From an uncultured Gammaproteobacteria bacterium (lineage in GTDB: Bacteria > Patescibacteriota > Patescibacteriia > Magasanikbacterales > UBA922), in NCBI GenBank assembly GCA_964522435.1, contig CAZFUL010000003.1, positions 57,542 through 121,541 on the forward strand: 64,000 nt of DNA, in the 5' to 3' direction. The position numbers and the translations under genes were made by a program. Numbering within the stretch: position 1 is the first letter of the stretch; the number at the start of each line of letters is the position of its first letter. Of this stretch, positions 46,507-56,001 are shown piece by piece. The notes under the pieces are model-generated. The model was not told the DNA's origin, did not search any database, and was given only the letters and a program-made list of their open reading frames with translations.

Positions 46507-48639
46507 TTATGCTGGTGTTTGGGGTGGTTTTTTCAATAATTTACCTTTGCGAATATCTGGTGGTTTTACTACTGTCGCGGGTGTAGGAGGGGTACTTACT
46601 TTTTGTGATCGAGGTTGTGGGGTACTGATGAAAACATCATCATCCTCCTCTTGTGATGCAGCTTGTACCATGGCCTCTTGTGCGAATGAGGCTTCGACTA
46701 ATTGAGCGATATTTGCTTCAATATCTTGTTTTTGTCTTGCTTCAAATTGTGCGAACTTTTCTTCTTGACTGATCGCGGGTCCTTCTGGGTACGTATCTTT
46801 TTCTTCAGTATTTAAGATACGAATCGGTTCTTCAGGAGAAGGAGTATCTTCTAAAAAGGTAGGAGAAAACGCCTCTTTGTAGCTAGCGCCAAGTGCCTCT
46901 GATTGATCTGTCATGAGTGGCTGTGAAGGATCACCTTTGGCGGTGGTTGTGTCGGCGAGATCTTCTATTGCTTGAGAGATGTCTCCTTTAAAGGAGGATT
47001 GTCTATTTTTTTCTTTTACTGCTGTTGTTATTTTTTCACGAGCTGAGACATGATCTGCGCCTATTTGATCAACAAATGTTTTGAGCGTATCTTTCCAATT
47101 TGGTTCGGTAATGTTAATCACCATTGTATTATCTTCTTTTTCACGTGTAGATTCTTTATCACTAAAATAGACACGGATTGGCTTGTCTTTTGGGATATCT
47201 AAAAGAGGATCCGCCATAAGGATTGTTTCTATATCTTTTCCATGTTCTTCTATAAAATCTTTTGGGATATGTTCTACATCCGCTCTAACGCGCATAATAA
47301 CAGGAACCTCTGGCATACGCTCGCGAAGCTGCGCGGTGAGGGTACGTTCAGTTGCGAAGCGTTTTGCGTTCTTCATGCTGTCAATGGCACGTGTCAATTT
47401 TTCTTGCCAATTAAATTCTTTAAGGTTTACGTTAATAATCGGAGATGCTGGATCCTCGAGTGGATTACCCGTTGGTTCATGAAGACTAAAAAAGAAAAAG
47501 GTTCCTTTCCATACATCATGAGATAATTTTTCTTGTAATATATCAGAAAGATCAGCAAGTGTTGCTTCACTCATCTGTTCATACACCGCGCGATCTTTGG
47601 GGTTTTGCATATCGCGGGTTGCAAAGTCTGCCAAAAATTTTCCTAAGAATGGTCGGAATTTTTCTGTGAGTTGTTGTAGCTGGTCCTCTTTACCTGGATC
47701 ACTATCTATTCGATCCACCATAGCCGTGATTTCTTCATTTGAAACATCGTTAAGTGTTTCTGCTGGAGTTATTTTTTCCATTGACCAAGTTCCATTGTCT
47801 ATATTTTTTTGTAGTTCCTCAAATAAATCCGTGGACCAAGGAAGAAGCTCCCATTCCTGATCACCTGTTGTGATCATTTGTTTTGTCTTTGTATCATAGC
47901 CAACAATAATCATCTCTGTTGTATCACCACTTGCGGGCTCCCTGATGCTATATTTTTCTCCTGGAATAAATTCTTGTCCACCAAAAATAAATGCATTTTT
48001 TGTATCAATATCTTTTTGATATGCTTGGTCAACAATAACAGAAGGTTCTTCTTCATCTGGCGTATTATTTATGGTATCAGCCTCCGCTTGCATTGCTGCT
48101 AAGTCTTCTGGGCTAATGAGTGGTTTATCTTGAACCACCTCAGTATCATCCGCATTTATATCTGCTGCTTCTTTTTCCCATGCTGCTAATTGTGCAGGGT
48201 CAATAAGAGGTTCTTTATCTAATAAAGGTGCCACTGCTGTATCCACCGCTTCTGCTACTGCTTGATCTGCTTGTACTTCTGCTTCTAATGCCGCAATTTC
48301 TTCTGCCGCGTCAGTTTGTCCACTCTCTTGTAATACCTTCTTTTTGGTATCCATGTTTCTGAGGATAGAGAGGGCATTGTCAATTGTTTTTACTTTTTCT
48401 TGAGAAAGTTGTTCTGCCTTTTGTTTCAGTTCTGCTTCTTCTTTGGCGTACTCAGCTTCTGTCATACCCATGAGTTTCATGTATTCTTTTTTCCAACGGT
48501 CTCCTTTTCCAAAACTATCTTTTGCTTTGTCTACAGTACCAACATCAGCCGATTTTTTTTCCAAAACGACAGGAGCTTCTTGTGAGGGGGCTTTTTCTTC
48601 TTCTGCAAGTTGTACATTTTTTTTAAACCAATTTGGCAT
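46507..48639 (-). CDS. Large hypothetical acidic, low-complexity protein encoded immediately upstream of thyA
   Basis: 710 aa; Glu/Asp/Lys-rich with Ala/Glu repeat stretches; no recognized domain; stop 12 nt before thyA start. Confidence 0.45.
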   Translation of the reverse strand: MPNWFKKNVQLAEEEKAPSQEAPVVLEKKSADVGTVDKAKDSFGKGDRWKKEYMKLMGMTEAEYAKEEAELKQKAEQLSQEKVKTIDNALSILRNMDTKKKVLQESGQTDAAEEIAALEAEVQADQAVAEAVDTAVAPLLDKEPLIDPAQLAAWEKEAADINADDTEVVQDKPLISPEDLAAMQAEADTINNTPDEEEPSVIVDQAYQKDIDTKNAFIFGGQEFIPGEKYSIREPASGDTTEMIIVGYDTKTKQMITTGDQEWELLPWSTDLFEELQKNIDNGTWSMEKITPAETLNDVSNEEITAMVDRIDSDPGKEDQLQQLTEKFRPFLGKFLADFATRDMQNPKDRAVYEQMSEATLADLSDILQEKLSHDVWKGTFFFFSLHEPTGNPLEDPASPIINVNLKEFNWQEKLTRAIDSMKNAKRFATERTLTAQLRERMPEVPVIMRVRADVEHIPKDFIEEHGKDIETILMADPLLDIPKDKPIRVYFSDKESTREKEDNTMVINITEPNWKDTLKTFVDQIGADHVSAREKITTAVKEKNRQSSFKGDISQAIEDLADTTTAKGDPSQPLMTDQSEALGASYKEAFSPTFLEDTPSPEEPIRILNTEEKDTYPEGPAISQEEKFAQFEARQKQDIEANIAQLVEASFAQEAMVQAASQEEDDDVFISTPQPRSQKVSTPPTPATVVKPPDIRKGKLLKKPPQTPA

Positions 48640-48857
48640 AGAAAAACATTAAAGGGTATCGATGGTTTTGTGAATGTTGGTTAAATCAGCCTGCTCTTTT
48701 TGCTGTATCGCAGTAGTAAAGATCTGGTTGGCTTTTTGTTGGAGCGCATCATCTTTTTGTTGTATAGCAAACAAACGCTGCAAGAGAGTGTCGAAATGTT
48801 TTTTAATAGAAGGGAAGTTCATATACTTGTTAGTATAGCGAAATTTTTTTATCTTGC

Positions 48858-49295
48858 CTATCCTGTTGTCCCAAATCCACCACGATTTTTTTTATTCATA
48901 CTCTCTACTTCTACCAGTGTTGCTTGATCCGCGCGTACGAGCAGTGCTTGGGCAATACGTTCTCCTTTTTCTATGCGAACCGCTTCATCAGTAAGATTTT
49001 GTACGAGAAGGTAAATCTCGTCAGCATCACCACAATAATCTTGATCAATAACAGCAATGCCATTTCGCATAGACAGACCCTTCTTTTTGGCAGAGCTAGA
49101 GCGGGCTGCAATAATAAGCGCATAGCCCTGTGGTATCTCTACCACAATATTTGCGGGTAATAACAAAAATTCCCGAGGGGGAATGGTGGCTTCAATTCTT
49201 GTGTACAGATCAAATGCCACTGCCCCGGGAGTTTGGTAAGCTGGGAGCGGCAGCGTGGTGTCAATACGTTTAATGCGTAACTCCATAGCGTTCAA
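48858..49295 (-). CDS. dut: dUTP diphosphatase
   Basis: 145 aa; AFDLY, ...IIAARSSSAKKKGL, ...IDQDYCGD..., GERIAQ dUTPase motifs. Confidence 0.85.
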   Translation of the reverse strand: MNAMELRIKRIDTTLPLPAYQTPGAVAFDLYTRIEATIPPREFLLLPANIVVEIPQGYALIIAARSSSAKKKGLSMRNGIAVIDQDYCGDADEIYLLVQNLTDEAVRIEKGERIAQALLVRADQATLVEVESMNKKNRGGFGTTG

Positions 49296-49845
49296 TAAGT
49301 GTGGTTAATTGGCGATGAAGATCTTGTTTATCACCATTATTATCAATATGTTCTGTACTGTGTTGTATGACCTCTAAAATACTCAATTCTGTTGATCGTT
49401 CATGATCCGCTAAAAATTGTTCATAGGTCTTTTTTTGATCATCCGCGTTCTCGCTTCTTGCGATAAGACGTTCATAACGAATACGGGGATCCGCAGATAC
49501 GTCTACTAAGACAAATCCTGGAATTGCTTGTAAATAAGCAATATCTGCCATACGGCGGATACCATCAACGACGATTAATTGGTGGGAATCTTCTTGTACA
49601 TCATGGGCAATAGTTTTTGCCAACACATCTTCTCCAAAATCGTTGCGGAGACTTTCAGAAATTTTTATTAAATGATCACGCGTATGTTCTACATACACCC
49701 GATCTAATATATCTCGTAAAATAGTAGAAAAACGGTAGCTTTTGGCTCCAAAGGTTTGTTCGAGGTACGCAGCACAGGTTCCTTTGCCACTGGCAAGGAG
49801 GCCTGTTAATCCAATAATACAGCGTTTGTTGTTATTGTCCTGCAT
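49270..49845 (-). CDS. P-loop nucleotide/deoxynucleotide monophosphate kinase-like protein
   Basis: 191 aa; CIIGLTGLLASGKGT Walker A, IVVDGIRR; placed between dut and dCMP deaminase. Confidence 0.4.
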   Translation of the reverse strand: MQDNNNKRCIIGLTGLLASGKGTCAAYLEQTFGAKSYRFSTILRDILDRVYVEHTRDHLIKISESLRNDFGEDVLAKTIAHDVQEDSHQLIVVDGIRRMADIAYLQAIPGFVLVDVSADPRIRYERLIARSENADDQKKTYEQFLADHERSTELSILEVIQHSTEHIDNNGDKQDLHRQLTTLIERYGVTH

Positions 49846-50353
49846 ATTGTTCTACCATGTCATCAAAATAATGTAGCGCTATACCCACTTGACGGAACAT
49901 ATCTTCACTTTCTGCTCCGGCATGATATTTCTTTTCGCACACTACCCGCACAATGCCCGCATTAATAATCATTTGGGCACACACGCGGCAGGGGGTCATT
50001 TTGCAATATAATACAGAGCCTTCAATACTGACGCCTAGTTTTGCGGCTTGAACAATAGCATTTTGTTCGGCATGGGTGGTGCGAACACAGTGTTGGGTTT
50101 CGTGACCATCTTGGTGACGAACAATTTTAAATAAATGGCCAAGCTCATCACAATGAGGTAATCCTGCGGGAGCACCAACATAGCCGGTTACGAGAATTTG
50201 TTTGTTTTTTGCAATCACACAGCCAGAACGACCGCGATCACAGGTTGCCCGTTGCGCAACGGCTCTTGCTACCTCCATAAAATACTCATCCCACGAAGGG
50301 CGATAATGTTGTTCTTGGGTCATATAAAAGAGGATAAAAAAGACAGGCAGCAA
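49832..50353 (-). CDS. dCMP deaminase (cytidine/deoxycytidylate deaminase family)
   Basis: 173 aa; zinc motifs HAEQNAI and PCRVCAQ. Confidence 0.8.
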   Translation of the reverse strand: MLPVFFILFYMTQEQHYRPSWDEYFMEVARAVAQRATCDRGRSGCVIAKNKQILVTGYVGAPAGLPHCDELGHLFKIVRHQDGHETQHCVRTTHAEQNAIVQAAKLGVSIEGSVLYCKMTPCRVCAQMIINAGIVRVVCEKKYHAGAESEDMFRQVGIALHYFDDMVEQYAGQ

Positions 50354-50399
50354 GCAAAGTGTAGCAAGTTTTTAGAGGACAATCAAATCAGGTGAGAGA

Positions 50400-50437
50400 T
50401 GGGAGGATAAAAAAATCCTGCACCATTCTGGTGCAGG
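50400..50437 (-). terminator. Rho-independent terminator after rplA
   Basis: Minus-strand reading ATCCTGCACCagaaTGGTGCAGGATtttttttatcc. Confidence 0.7.
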
Positions 50438-50456
50438 ATTTTATGTATCTGATATA

Positions 50457-51260
50457 TTAGGCTGTTACGTCAACTTTTACACTTGGCCCCATTGCAGAGG
50501 TAAGATACAGTGCTTTGATGTAGGTTCCTTTTGCGGTATTTGGTTTTGCACGGCGAAGCGCATCAAGGAACGCAACGATGTTTTCTTTTAATTGTTGTTC
50601 TGAAAAACTGACTTTTCCTACCACTTGGTGAATATTTGCGGTATCGTCATTTTTACAAGAGATTTTTCCTTTTTTGAGCTCTGTTACCATTTTAGCCACG
50701 TCAGTACCAACAGTATCAGTCTTTGGATTCGGCATGAGCCCTCGGGGTCCAAGAACACGAGCGATCATCGCGAGTTTCGGCATCATATCTGGGGTAGCAA
50801 TAGCGACATCAAAATCTACTTTACCGGTGTCTTTAATAGTTTTAATATCTTCGTCAGTAAAGATAAAGTCTGCTCCAGCATCTTTTGCTGCTTTTTCACT
50901 GTTTGGGTTTACAAAGGCAGCGACGCGTTTTGTTTTACCCACACCATGTGGAAGGGTAAGGGTCATACGAATGTGTTGGTCTGTTTTTTTGGTATTAATA
51001 CCAAGACGAGCATGCACTTCTACAGATGCGTCGAATTTTACGGTGCTTGTTGCTTTAATCAGCGGAAGGGCTTGATCAAGCGAATACAGCTTTGTACGGT
51101 CGATTTGGGCTGCCGCAGCAGTCATTCTTTTAGACATATATATGGATATACCCGACTTTGCTACGCTTCGTCGGGCACGCGTGGTACATACCTCTGAATG
51201 ATCAGAGTCCCACATAAAAATAAGTAGGCTGACTATACGAAAAAAATGCGATATTGTCAA
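50457..51260 (-). CDS. rplA: 50S ribosomal protein L1 (true start probably ATG at 51137, MSKRMTAAAAQ)
   Basis: L1 signature ...KFDASVEVHARLGINTKKTDQHIRMTLTLPHG...; the first 41 codons of the ORF are non-L1 sequence. Confidence 0.85.
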   Translation of the reverse strand: MTISHFFRIVSLLIFMWDSDHSEVCTTRARRSVAKSGISIYMSKRMTAAAAQIDRTKLYSLDQALPLIKATSTVKFDASVEVHARLGINTKKTDQHIRMTLTLPHGVGKTKRVAAFVNPNSEKAAKDAGADFIFTDEDIKTIKDTGKVDFDVAIATPDMMPKLAMIARVLGPRGLMPNPKTDTVGTDVAKMVTELKKGKISCKNDDTANIHQVVGKVSFSEQQLKENIVAFLDALRRAKPNTAKGTYIKALYLTSAMGPSVKVDVTA

Positions 51261-51271
51261 GCACTCAGGGC

Positions 51272-52402
51272 TTATTGGTTGAGTTGCATAGGCATAGCCC
51301 AGCGTGTTTCAAGCCTCCCTTTGCCAATAGCTTCTTGATCAATAGTGCCCATACCGAGTGGAGCCAGAGCCCCAAGAATACGTTCTGTCGTGCTTGCATT
51401 TGCTATAAATGGCTGGCTCAGGGTATTTATGCTAATAGGAATAAGGTCATAGCTTGCTTGAATGTGCTCATCGGTTTTTTCTATTGTTATACCAAGGGTT
51501 AAGCCCTGCATGGTTTCTTCAGAAAAATATTGATCAAAAATAAAGTTTCCGAGACTATAAAAAATAAGCCGATCATTATATTGTTCAATTGGTTGAATAA
51601 CATGCGGATGTGCCCCAATCACCATGTCTACGCCAGCATCAATAAGGGCATGAGCTTCTTGGATTTGTTGGGTATTTGGTTTGTCTGTGACATATTCTGT
51701 TCCCCAGTGTGGCATAGCAATAAGAACATCTACCTCGCTATTTAATCGTTCTGCTTCGTTGACCACCTCATCAAATCCACTACCAATAAGTTCATGAAAG
51801 CCAAGAAATCCTAAGGTAATACCATGGCTACTGGTCGTAAATGATAAAAACAAGGGATCGTTATTGGGATCACCAAAAAAAGCAATGCCCGTCTCTGTTA
51901 ACACTGTTTTGGTTTGCTCTAATCCTGCTTGGCCAAAGTTATGGGTATGATTATTTGCCAAACTGAGGATATCAAAACGTCTGGATAATGGTTCTGCGAA
52001 TAATGGCGAAAAGGTAAAGGTAAAGCGGGCGCCCCCGGTGCCATTGGCAATAGATTGAAAGTTGGTGATAGGGCCTTCTAAGTTGCCGAGCCGAAGGTCG
52101 TAGTCAGAAAATAATGCGTCAATCAACAAAAAGGGGTGATCATAGCTCCCGGCTGCTTTGGTTTTTAACCAAACACTGCGGTCAAGCATCATATCTCCCA
52201 CGGCTAATAAGCGGACTACCTCTTTGGAGGGTATTTCTGGGGCTGCGGCAAGCTCCAGCTGAGATGGCGTATTAGGAAAAGGAAGAGTCGTTTTTGGAAA
52301 TAGGGATCTATTAAACAGCAATACAACAACGCTTGTTGCAAGAAACACCAGCAAACAAATAATCGCAATCAGAACATATCGTTGTGCAGCAGATAAGGGC
52401 AT
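51272..52402 (-). CDS. CapA/PGA-capsule-synthesis-family metallophosphoesterase-like protein, N-terminal TM
   Basis: 376 aa; LLAVGDMMLDR, LGNLEGP, ANNHTHNFG, IAMPHWGTEY, GAHPHVIQP motifs of the CapA (PGA_cap) family. Confidence 0.7.
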   Translation of the reverse strand: MPLSAAQRYVLIAIICLLVFLATSVVVLLFNRSLFPKTTLPFPNTPSQLELAAAPEIPSKEVVRLLAVGDMMLDRSVWLKTKAAGSYDHPFLLIDALFSDYDLRLGNLEGPITNFQSIANGTGGARFTFTFSPLFAEPLSRRFDILSLANNHTHNFGQAGLEQTKTVLTETGIAFFGDPNNDPLFLSFTTSSHGITLGFLGFHELIGSGFDEVVNEAERLNSEVDVLIAMPHWGTEYVTDKPNTQQIQEAHALIDAGVDMVIGAHPHVIQPIEQYNDRLIFYSLGNFIFDQYFSEETMQGLTLGITIEKTDEHIQASYDLIPISINTLSQPFIANASTTERILGALAPLGMGTIDQEAIGKGRLETRWAMPMQLNQ

Positions 52403-52412
52403 GTGAAGAAGA

Positions 52413-53339
52413 TTATTTTTTGAGAATCACCGTACAAGAACTTGGGCTGCTATCTTCGTCAAATCCTGCAGGGCAGCTATTGTTGAGGTCGTTACTCGGG
52501 TTACACATAAGAGTCCCATCTGCACGATAGAGGGTACTAAAACAGTTGGGACAGTTTTCTATTTGAAGATAATAGGTATTTCCTGCAACGCGACAACGTG
52601 CCACTGAGGCTGATTGTACAGAAGGGTTGTCTTTTAAAAGAGAAAATGGAACGGCTACCCAATCTGGAATACCTTGTTCTGTATAAATGGGTTCTGGCGC
52701 ACTGTAATCTGGAACCGTCGGAGGAGGAGTATTAGAATTATTTTGGGATTCATTATTTGACTGTTGTTGTGAGGATCCTGTTTGAGATCCTGGTCGGCTG
52801 GGTTCTGGAACAATAGGAGGATTTGTTGGTTCTTGGCCAATAGAGCAGGTGCCTATATGTGCTACGGTTACCTGTTGTTGAGCCGCAATACATTCGTTAC
52901 TATAGGTTCTTCCGTTTGTCCCACAGATGGGGTTTGCAATGGGTTCACAAAAACGTGGAGCGTCATACACATCTTCTGCATTCGCACTGGTTGTTGGTGT
53001 ACTCAGCGCTAAAGCCGTATCAATGCCGCAGTCGCCAGATAAAAAGGCAAGGGCGTCACAACGACGTGCATCGGTTAAGACGCAATCAAACACATAGCCT
53101 TGGTCGGTCGTAATAATATCAAAGCTATTTCCATTATAGACACACCAGGCATAGGCTTGTTGCTCTTGTGTACTTGGCACGACGGTTTCATTATTGGTTA
53201 CGGGGGGTTGTTCTGTTTCTTCTTGAACACGAGAACAGCCAGCACCAAGAATAACCAAGATGCTGAGTGAAAGGAGAATACGCAAAAGAGGAATACGCAT
53301 AACACTATGACAAAACCATGTTACTGGGCGAATGAGCAA
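52413..53339 (-). CDS. Lipoprotein with Kazal-type serine protease inhibitor domain and additional Cys-rich modules
   Basis: 308 aa; lipobox LVILGAGC; CEPIANPICGTNGRTYSNECIAAQQQVTVAHIGTC matches the Kazal spacing (C-x6-C-x7-C-x6-Y-x3-C-x..-C) with the PxCG.nG.TY.N.C core; Ser/Gln/Asn/Pro-rich linker. Confidence 0.65.
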   Translation of the reverse strand: MLIRPVTWFCHSVMRIPLLRILLSLSILVILGAGCSRVQEETEQPPVTNNETVVPSTQEQQAYAWCVYNGNSFDIITTDQGYVFDCVLTDARRCDALAFLSGDCGIDTALALSTPTTSANAEDVYDAPRFCEPIANPICGTNGRTYSNECIAAQQQVTVAHIGTCSIGQEPTNPPIVPEPSRPGSQTGSSQQQSNNESQNNSNTPPPTVPDYSAPEPIYTEQGIPDWVAVPFSLLKDNPSVQSASVARCRVAGNTYYLQIENCPNCFSTLYRADGTLMCNPSNDLNNSCPAGFDEDSSPSSCTVILKK

Positions 53340-54504
53340 GATAGCTATGAATATTTTCTATACCTGTATCTAAAATACGTTGAATTGCTTCTTGGCTGTT
53401 AAAGGCATTATGTGGGGTAACGAGTACTTGGGGATGATCAACGAGCACGTTATTAATAAGACTGACCCGTGTTTCTTCAGCAGAATGCTGTGAGAGTAAT
53501 TTTATCGAATCTTGCATCACATCTTCCCCTTCTAATACGTCTAAGCCAGCTCCTGCAACAATCTTGTTGTTGAGGCCATAGAGGAGTGCCTCTGAATCAA
53601 TAAGTGCGCCACGAGCCGTGTTAATAAGAATAACACCTGGTTTCATTTTTTTTATGGCTTTTTTATCTATAAGATGATAGGTGCTGTCAAACAACGGAAC
53701 ATGTAACGAAATAATATCTGATTGTTTTAAGAGTTGTGAAAGCGAAACATAGCGAAAACGATATTCTTGTTGTAATTCTTTTTTTGGCATGGTGTCAAAG
53801 GCAACAATATTTGTATGGAATCCTTGCAACATACGAATGGTGTGAATGCCAATTTTTCCTGTTCCAATAATGCCCACGGTTTTATCTTTTAAATCCATGC
53901 CGCATAAACCATGATAGTCAAAATTGCCTTCTTTTACCCGTTTAATCGCTGGAAACATTTGGCGACTTAAACAAAGCATAAGGGCAATGGTATATTCTGC
54001 CACCGTATGTTCGCCATAATTAGGAACATTGCACACGGGAATATGTTTTTTCTTTGCGTAACCAATATCAATATGATCATAGCCCGTTGAGAGCGTAACA
54101 ATCAATTGTAATTTTGGTAACGCATCAATGATTTTTTTTGATACAGGAGAATCTACAAACACCACCAGGATATTCGTTTCTTTATCAAGCGTTTCTTGGC
54201 TGAGTGGGGTATGACAAACACGCAGCGTAAGGCCGCGCAGTTTTGTGCGAAGATATGTTTTGTGTTCTGGAGTAAGCGTAAGGTAGGCGCTCACGATCGT
54301 TTTTTTCTTTAGCATAGTATCCGTAGTATAACAAAACTCGCCAGAGTTGGCGAGTTTCGTATATTGTATATGCGTACGTCCCTTCTCGGTATACAAGCAC
54401 GAAAACGTCCTCGCGTTAGGGTACCTGCTGTACCCTGCGCTGTGGATGTTTTCTTTGCCTGTATACCGTAGCGGGACTGATAGATGTGGCAGATTAGCCT
54501 TCAA
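53305..54504 (-). CDS. D-isomer-specific 2-hydroxyacid dehydrogenase (true start probably 54315, MLKKKTIV)
   Basis: NAD-binding [12 protein letters not shown], catalytic Arg/Glu/His region LINTARG...D; N-terminal 63 codons of ORF overlap rplK 3' region and look non-coding. Confidence 0.75.
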   Translation of the reverse strand: MKANLPHLSVPLRYTGKENIHSAGYSRYPNARTFSCLYTEKGRTHIQYTKLANSGEFCYTTDTMLKKKTIVSAYLTLTPEHKTYLRTKLRGLTLRVCHTPLSQETLDKETNILVVFVDSPVSKKIIDALPKLQLIVTLSTGYDHIDIGYAKKKHIPVCNVPNYGEHTVAEYTIALMLCLSRQMFPAIKRVKEGNFDYHGLCGMDLKDKTVGIIGTGKIGIHTIRMLQGFHTNIVAFDTMPKKELQQEYRFRYVSLSQLLKQSDIISLHVPLFDSTYHLIDKKAIKKMKPGVILINTARGALIDSEALLYGLNNKIVAGAGLDVLEGEDVMQDSIKLLSQHSAEETRVSLINNVLVDHPQVLVTPHNAFNSQEAIQRILDTGIENIHSYLAHSPSNMVLS

Positions 54505-54919
54505 TTTTTACGCCCATTTGTTTTGCGGTTCCAGCAATAATCTTCATTGCTGCGTCCACATCATTTGCGTTTAAGTCAGGCATTTTGGTTTCTGCGATTT
54601 CACGGAGTTGCGCTTTGGTAATAGTACCTGCTTTATCTTTTAATGGATTTGCAGCACCAGATTTAATACCAGCTGCTTTTTTAATCAATGAACTTGCCGG
54701 AGCAACTTTCATGATAAAGTCAAAACTGCGGTCGTCGTACACACTAATAACCACAGGAACAACTTCTCCTTTTTTGTCTGCAGTTCTATTATTAAACTGT
54801 CCACAAAAATCTTGAATGTTTAACCCGTGTTGTCCAAGTGCTGGACCGACTGGAGGTGCTGGGTTAGCAGCGCCACCAACAATTTGTAATTTAATTTGGG
54901 TGACTAATTTTTTTGCCAT
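54494..54919 (-). CDS. rplK: 50S ribosomal protein L11
   Basis: 141 aa; [36 protein letters not shown]. Confidence 0.9.
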   Translation of the reverse strand: MAKKLVTQIKLQIVGGAANPAPPVGPALGQHGLNIQDFCGQFNNRTADKKGEVVPVVISVYDDRSFDFIMKVAPASSLIKKAAGIKSGAANPLKDKAGTITKAQLREIAETKMPDLNANDVDAAMKIIAGTAKQMGVKIEG

Positions 54920-55040
54920 AGGTTTGATAGGATCAACTGCCTAAATAATCGACAGGAGTAAATACATTCTATTAGGGGAGAAGCTTCTGTGTTGTATTGC
55001 AGAACGCCCTAAATAAAATGTACTTACCCGACTAAAGAAA

Positions 55041-55586
55041 TTATACTTTTTTTACTTGTAAGGCATCTAATTCAACCGGTGTTTCTCGGCCAAACATGTT
55101 TACAAATACTTTAATTTTTCCACGAGTTTCGTCTACCGCGTTTACTTTTCCTTCAAATCCTTTAAACGGACCGTCGACAATCTGTACCATATCGTTCATG
55201 TTCACATCAATCTTGTGACTTGGGTCATTCACGCCCATACGTTTTTGTAAGGCATCCATTTCTTTTGCATCAATGGGGGTAGGGGTAACGCCAGAACCAA
55301 CGAATCCCGTAACATTTGGGGTGTTACGCACCACATACCAAGAATCATCGTTGACGACCATTTCTACCAACACATACCCAGGGAAGATTTTTTCTTCCAC
55401 GACTAAACGTTTTCCATTTTTAATTTTAATTTTCTTTTCTTTTGGAACCAATACCGCAAAAATACGGTCTTCCATACCAAAGGTTTCAACACGTTGCTCT
55501 AAGTTCCGTTTTACATTTTCTTCGTAACCACTGTAGGTGTGAAGAACATACCAACGTTTTCCAAGATCCTGGGTTTGTTTTGCCAT
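55041..55586 (-). CDS. nusG: Transcription termination/antitermination factor NusG
   Basis: 181 aa; NGN domain RWYVLHTYSGYEENV, C-terminal KOW GFEGKV. Confidence 0.85.
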   Translation of the reverse strand: MAKQTQDLGKRWYVLHTYSGYEENVKRNLEQRVETFGMEDRIFAVLVPKEKKIKIKNGKRLVVEEKIFPGYVLVEMVVNDDSWYVVRNTPNVTGFVGSGVTPTPIDAKEMDALQKRMGVNDPSHKIDVNMNDMVQIVDGPFKGFEGKVNAVDETRGKIKVFVNMFGRETPVELDALQVKKV

Positions 55587-55640
55587 ATAGATGAAGAACT
55601 AGGGTTGTGGTGGTGGGCACCAGCAAAAAGAAGTAAATAA

Positions 55641-55823
55641 TTATGAAATAAGAGAAGAAAGTCCAAGGTTGAGGAAGTAATCGAGAAGTCCAAAAAAGAG
55701 GGCAACCGTAATACTTAAAATAACCACTACTGCTGAGTAATAGGTCGTTTGTTTCTTGGTTGGCCAAGTGACTTTTTTCATTTCATGAATTGCTTCAATG
55801 AGATAGTTTTTGAGGGCGGTCAT
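55641..55823 (-). CDS. secE: Preprotein translocase subunit SecE (short form; ORF track extension 55824-55988 is leader)
   Basis: MTALKNYLIEAIHEMKKVTWPTKKQTTYYSAVVVILSITVALFFGLLDYF; 61 aa from ATG 55823. Confidence 0.7.
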   Translation of the reverse strand: MTALKNYLIEAIHEMKKVTWPTKKQTTYYSAVVVILSITVALFFGLLDYFLNLGLSSLIS

Positions 55824-55935
55824 AAAAAAAGAGTTAAAAGGCTTAAGGGGAGTACAGAGCACTGAGCTATTGCTCTCTATTCCTATTGAGCCTTTTTTTG
55901 TATCTAAAAACCGGCTTTTGGCCAGTTCTTTGCTT

Positions 55936-55964
55936 AGTATAGGGAAAAATATCTTGTTTGTCAA
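55936..55964 (-). promoter_or_regulatory. Sigma70-like promoter TTGACA-N17-TATACT for secE-nusG-rplK
   Basis: Minus-strand reading TTGACAaacaagatatttttcccTATACT ~110 nt upstream of secE ATG. Confidence 0.5.
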
Positions 55965-56001
55965 TATGGGAGGAGGGGATAACCTCATACATTGGTGTTA
56001 T

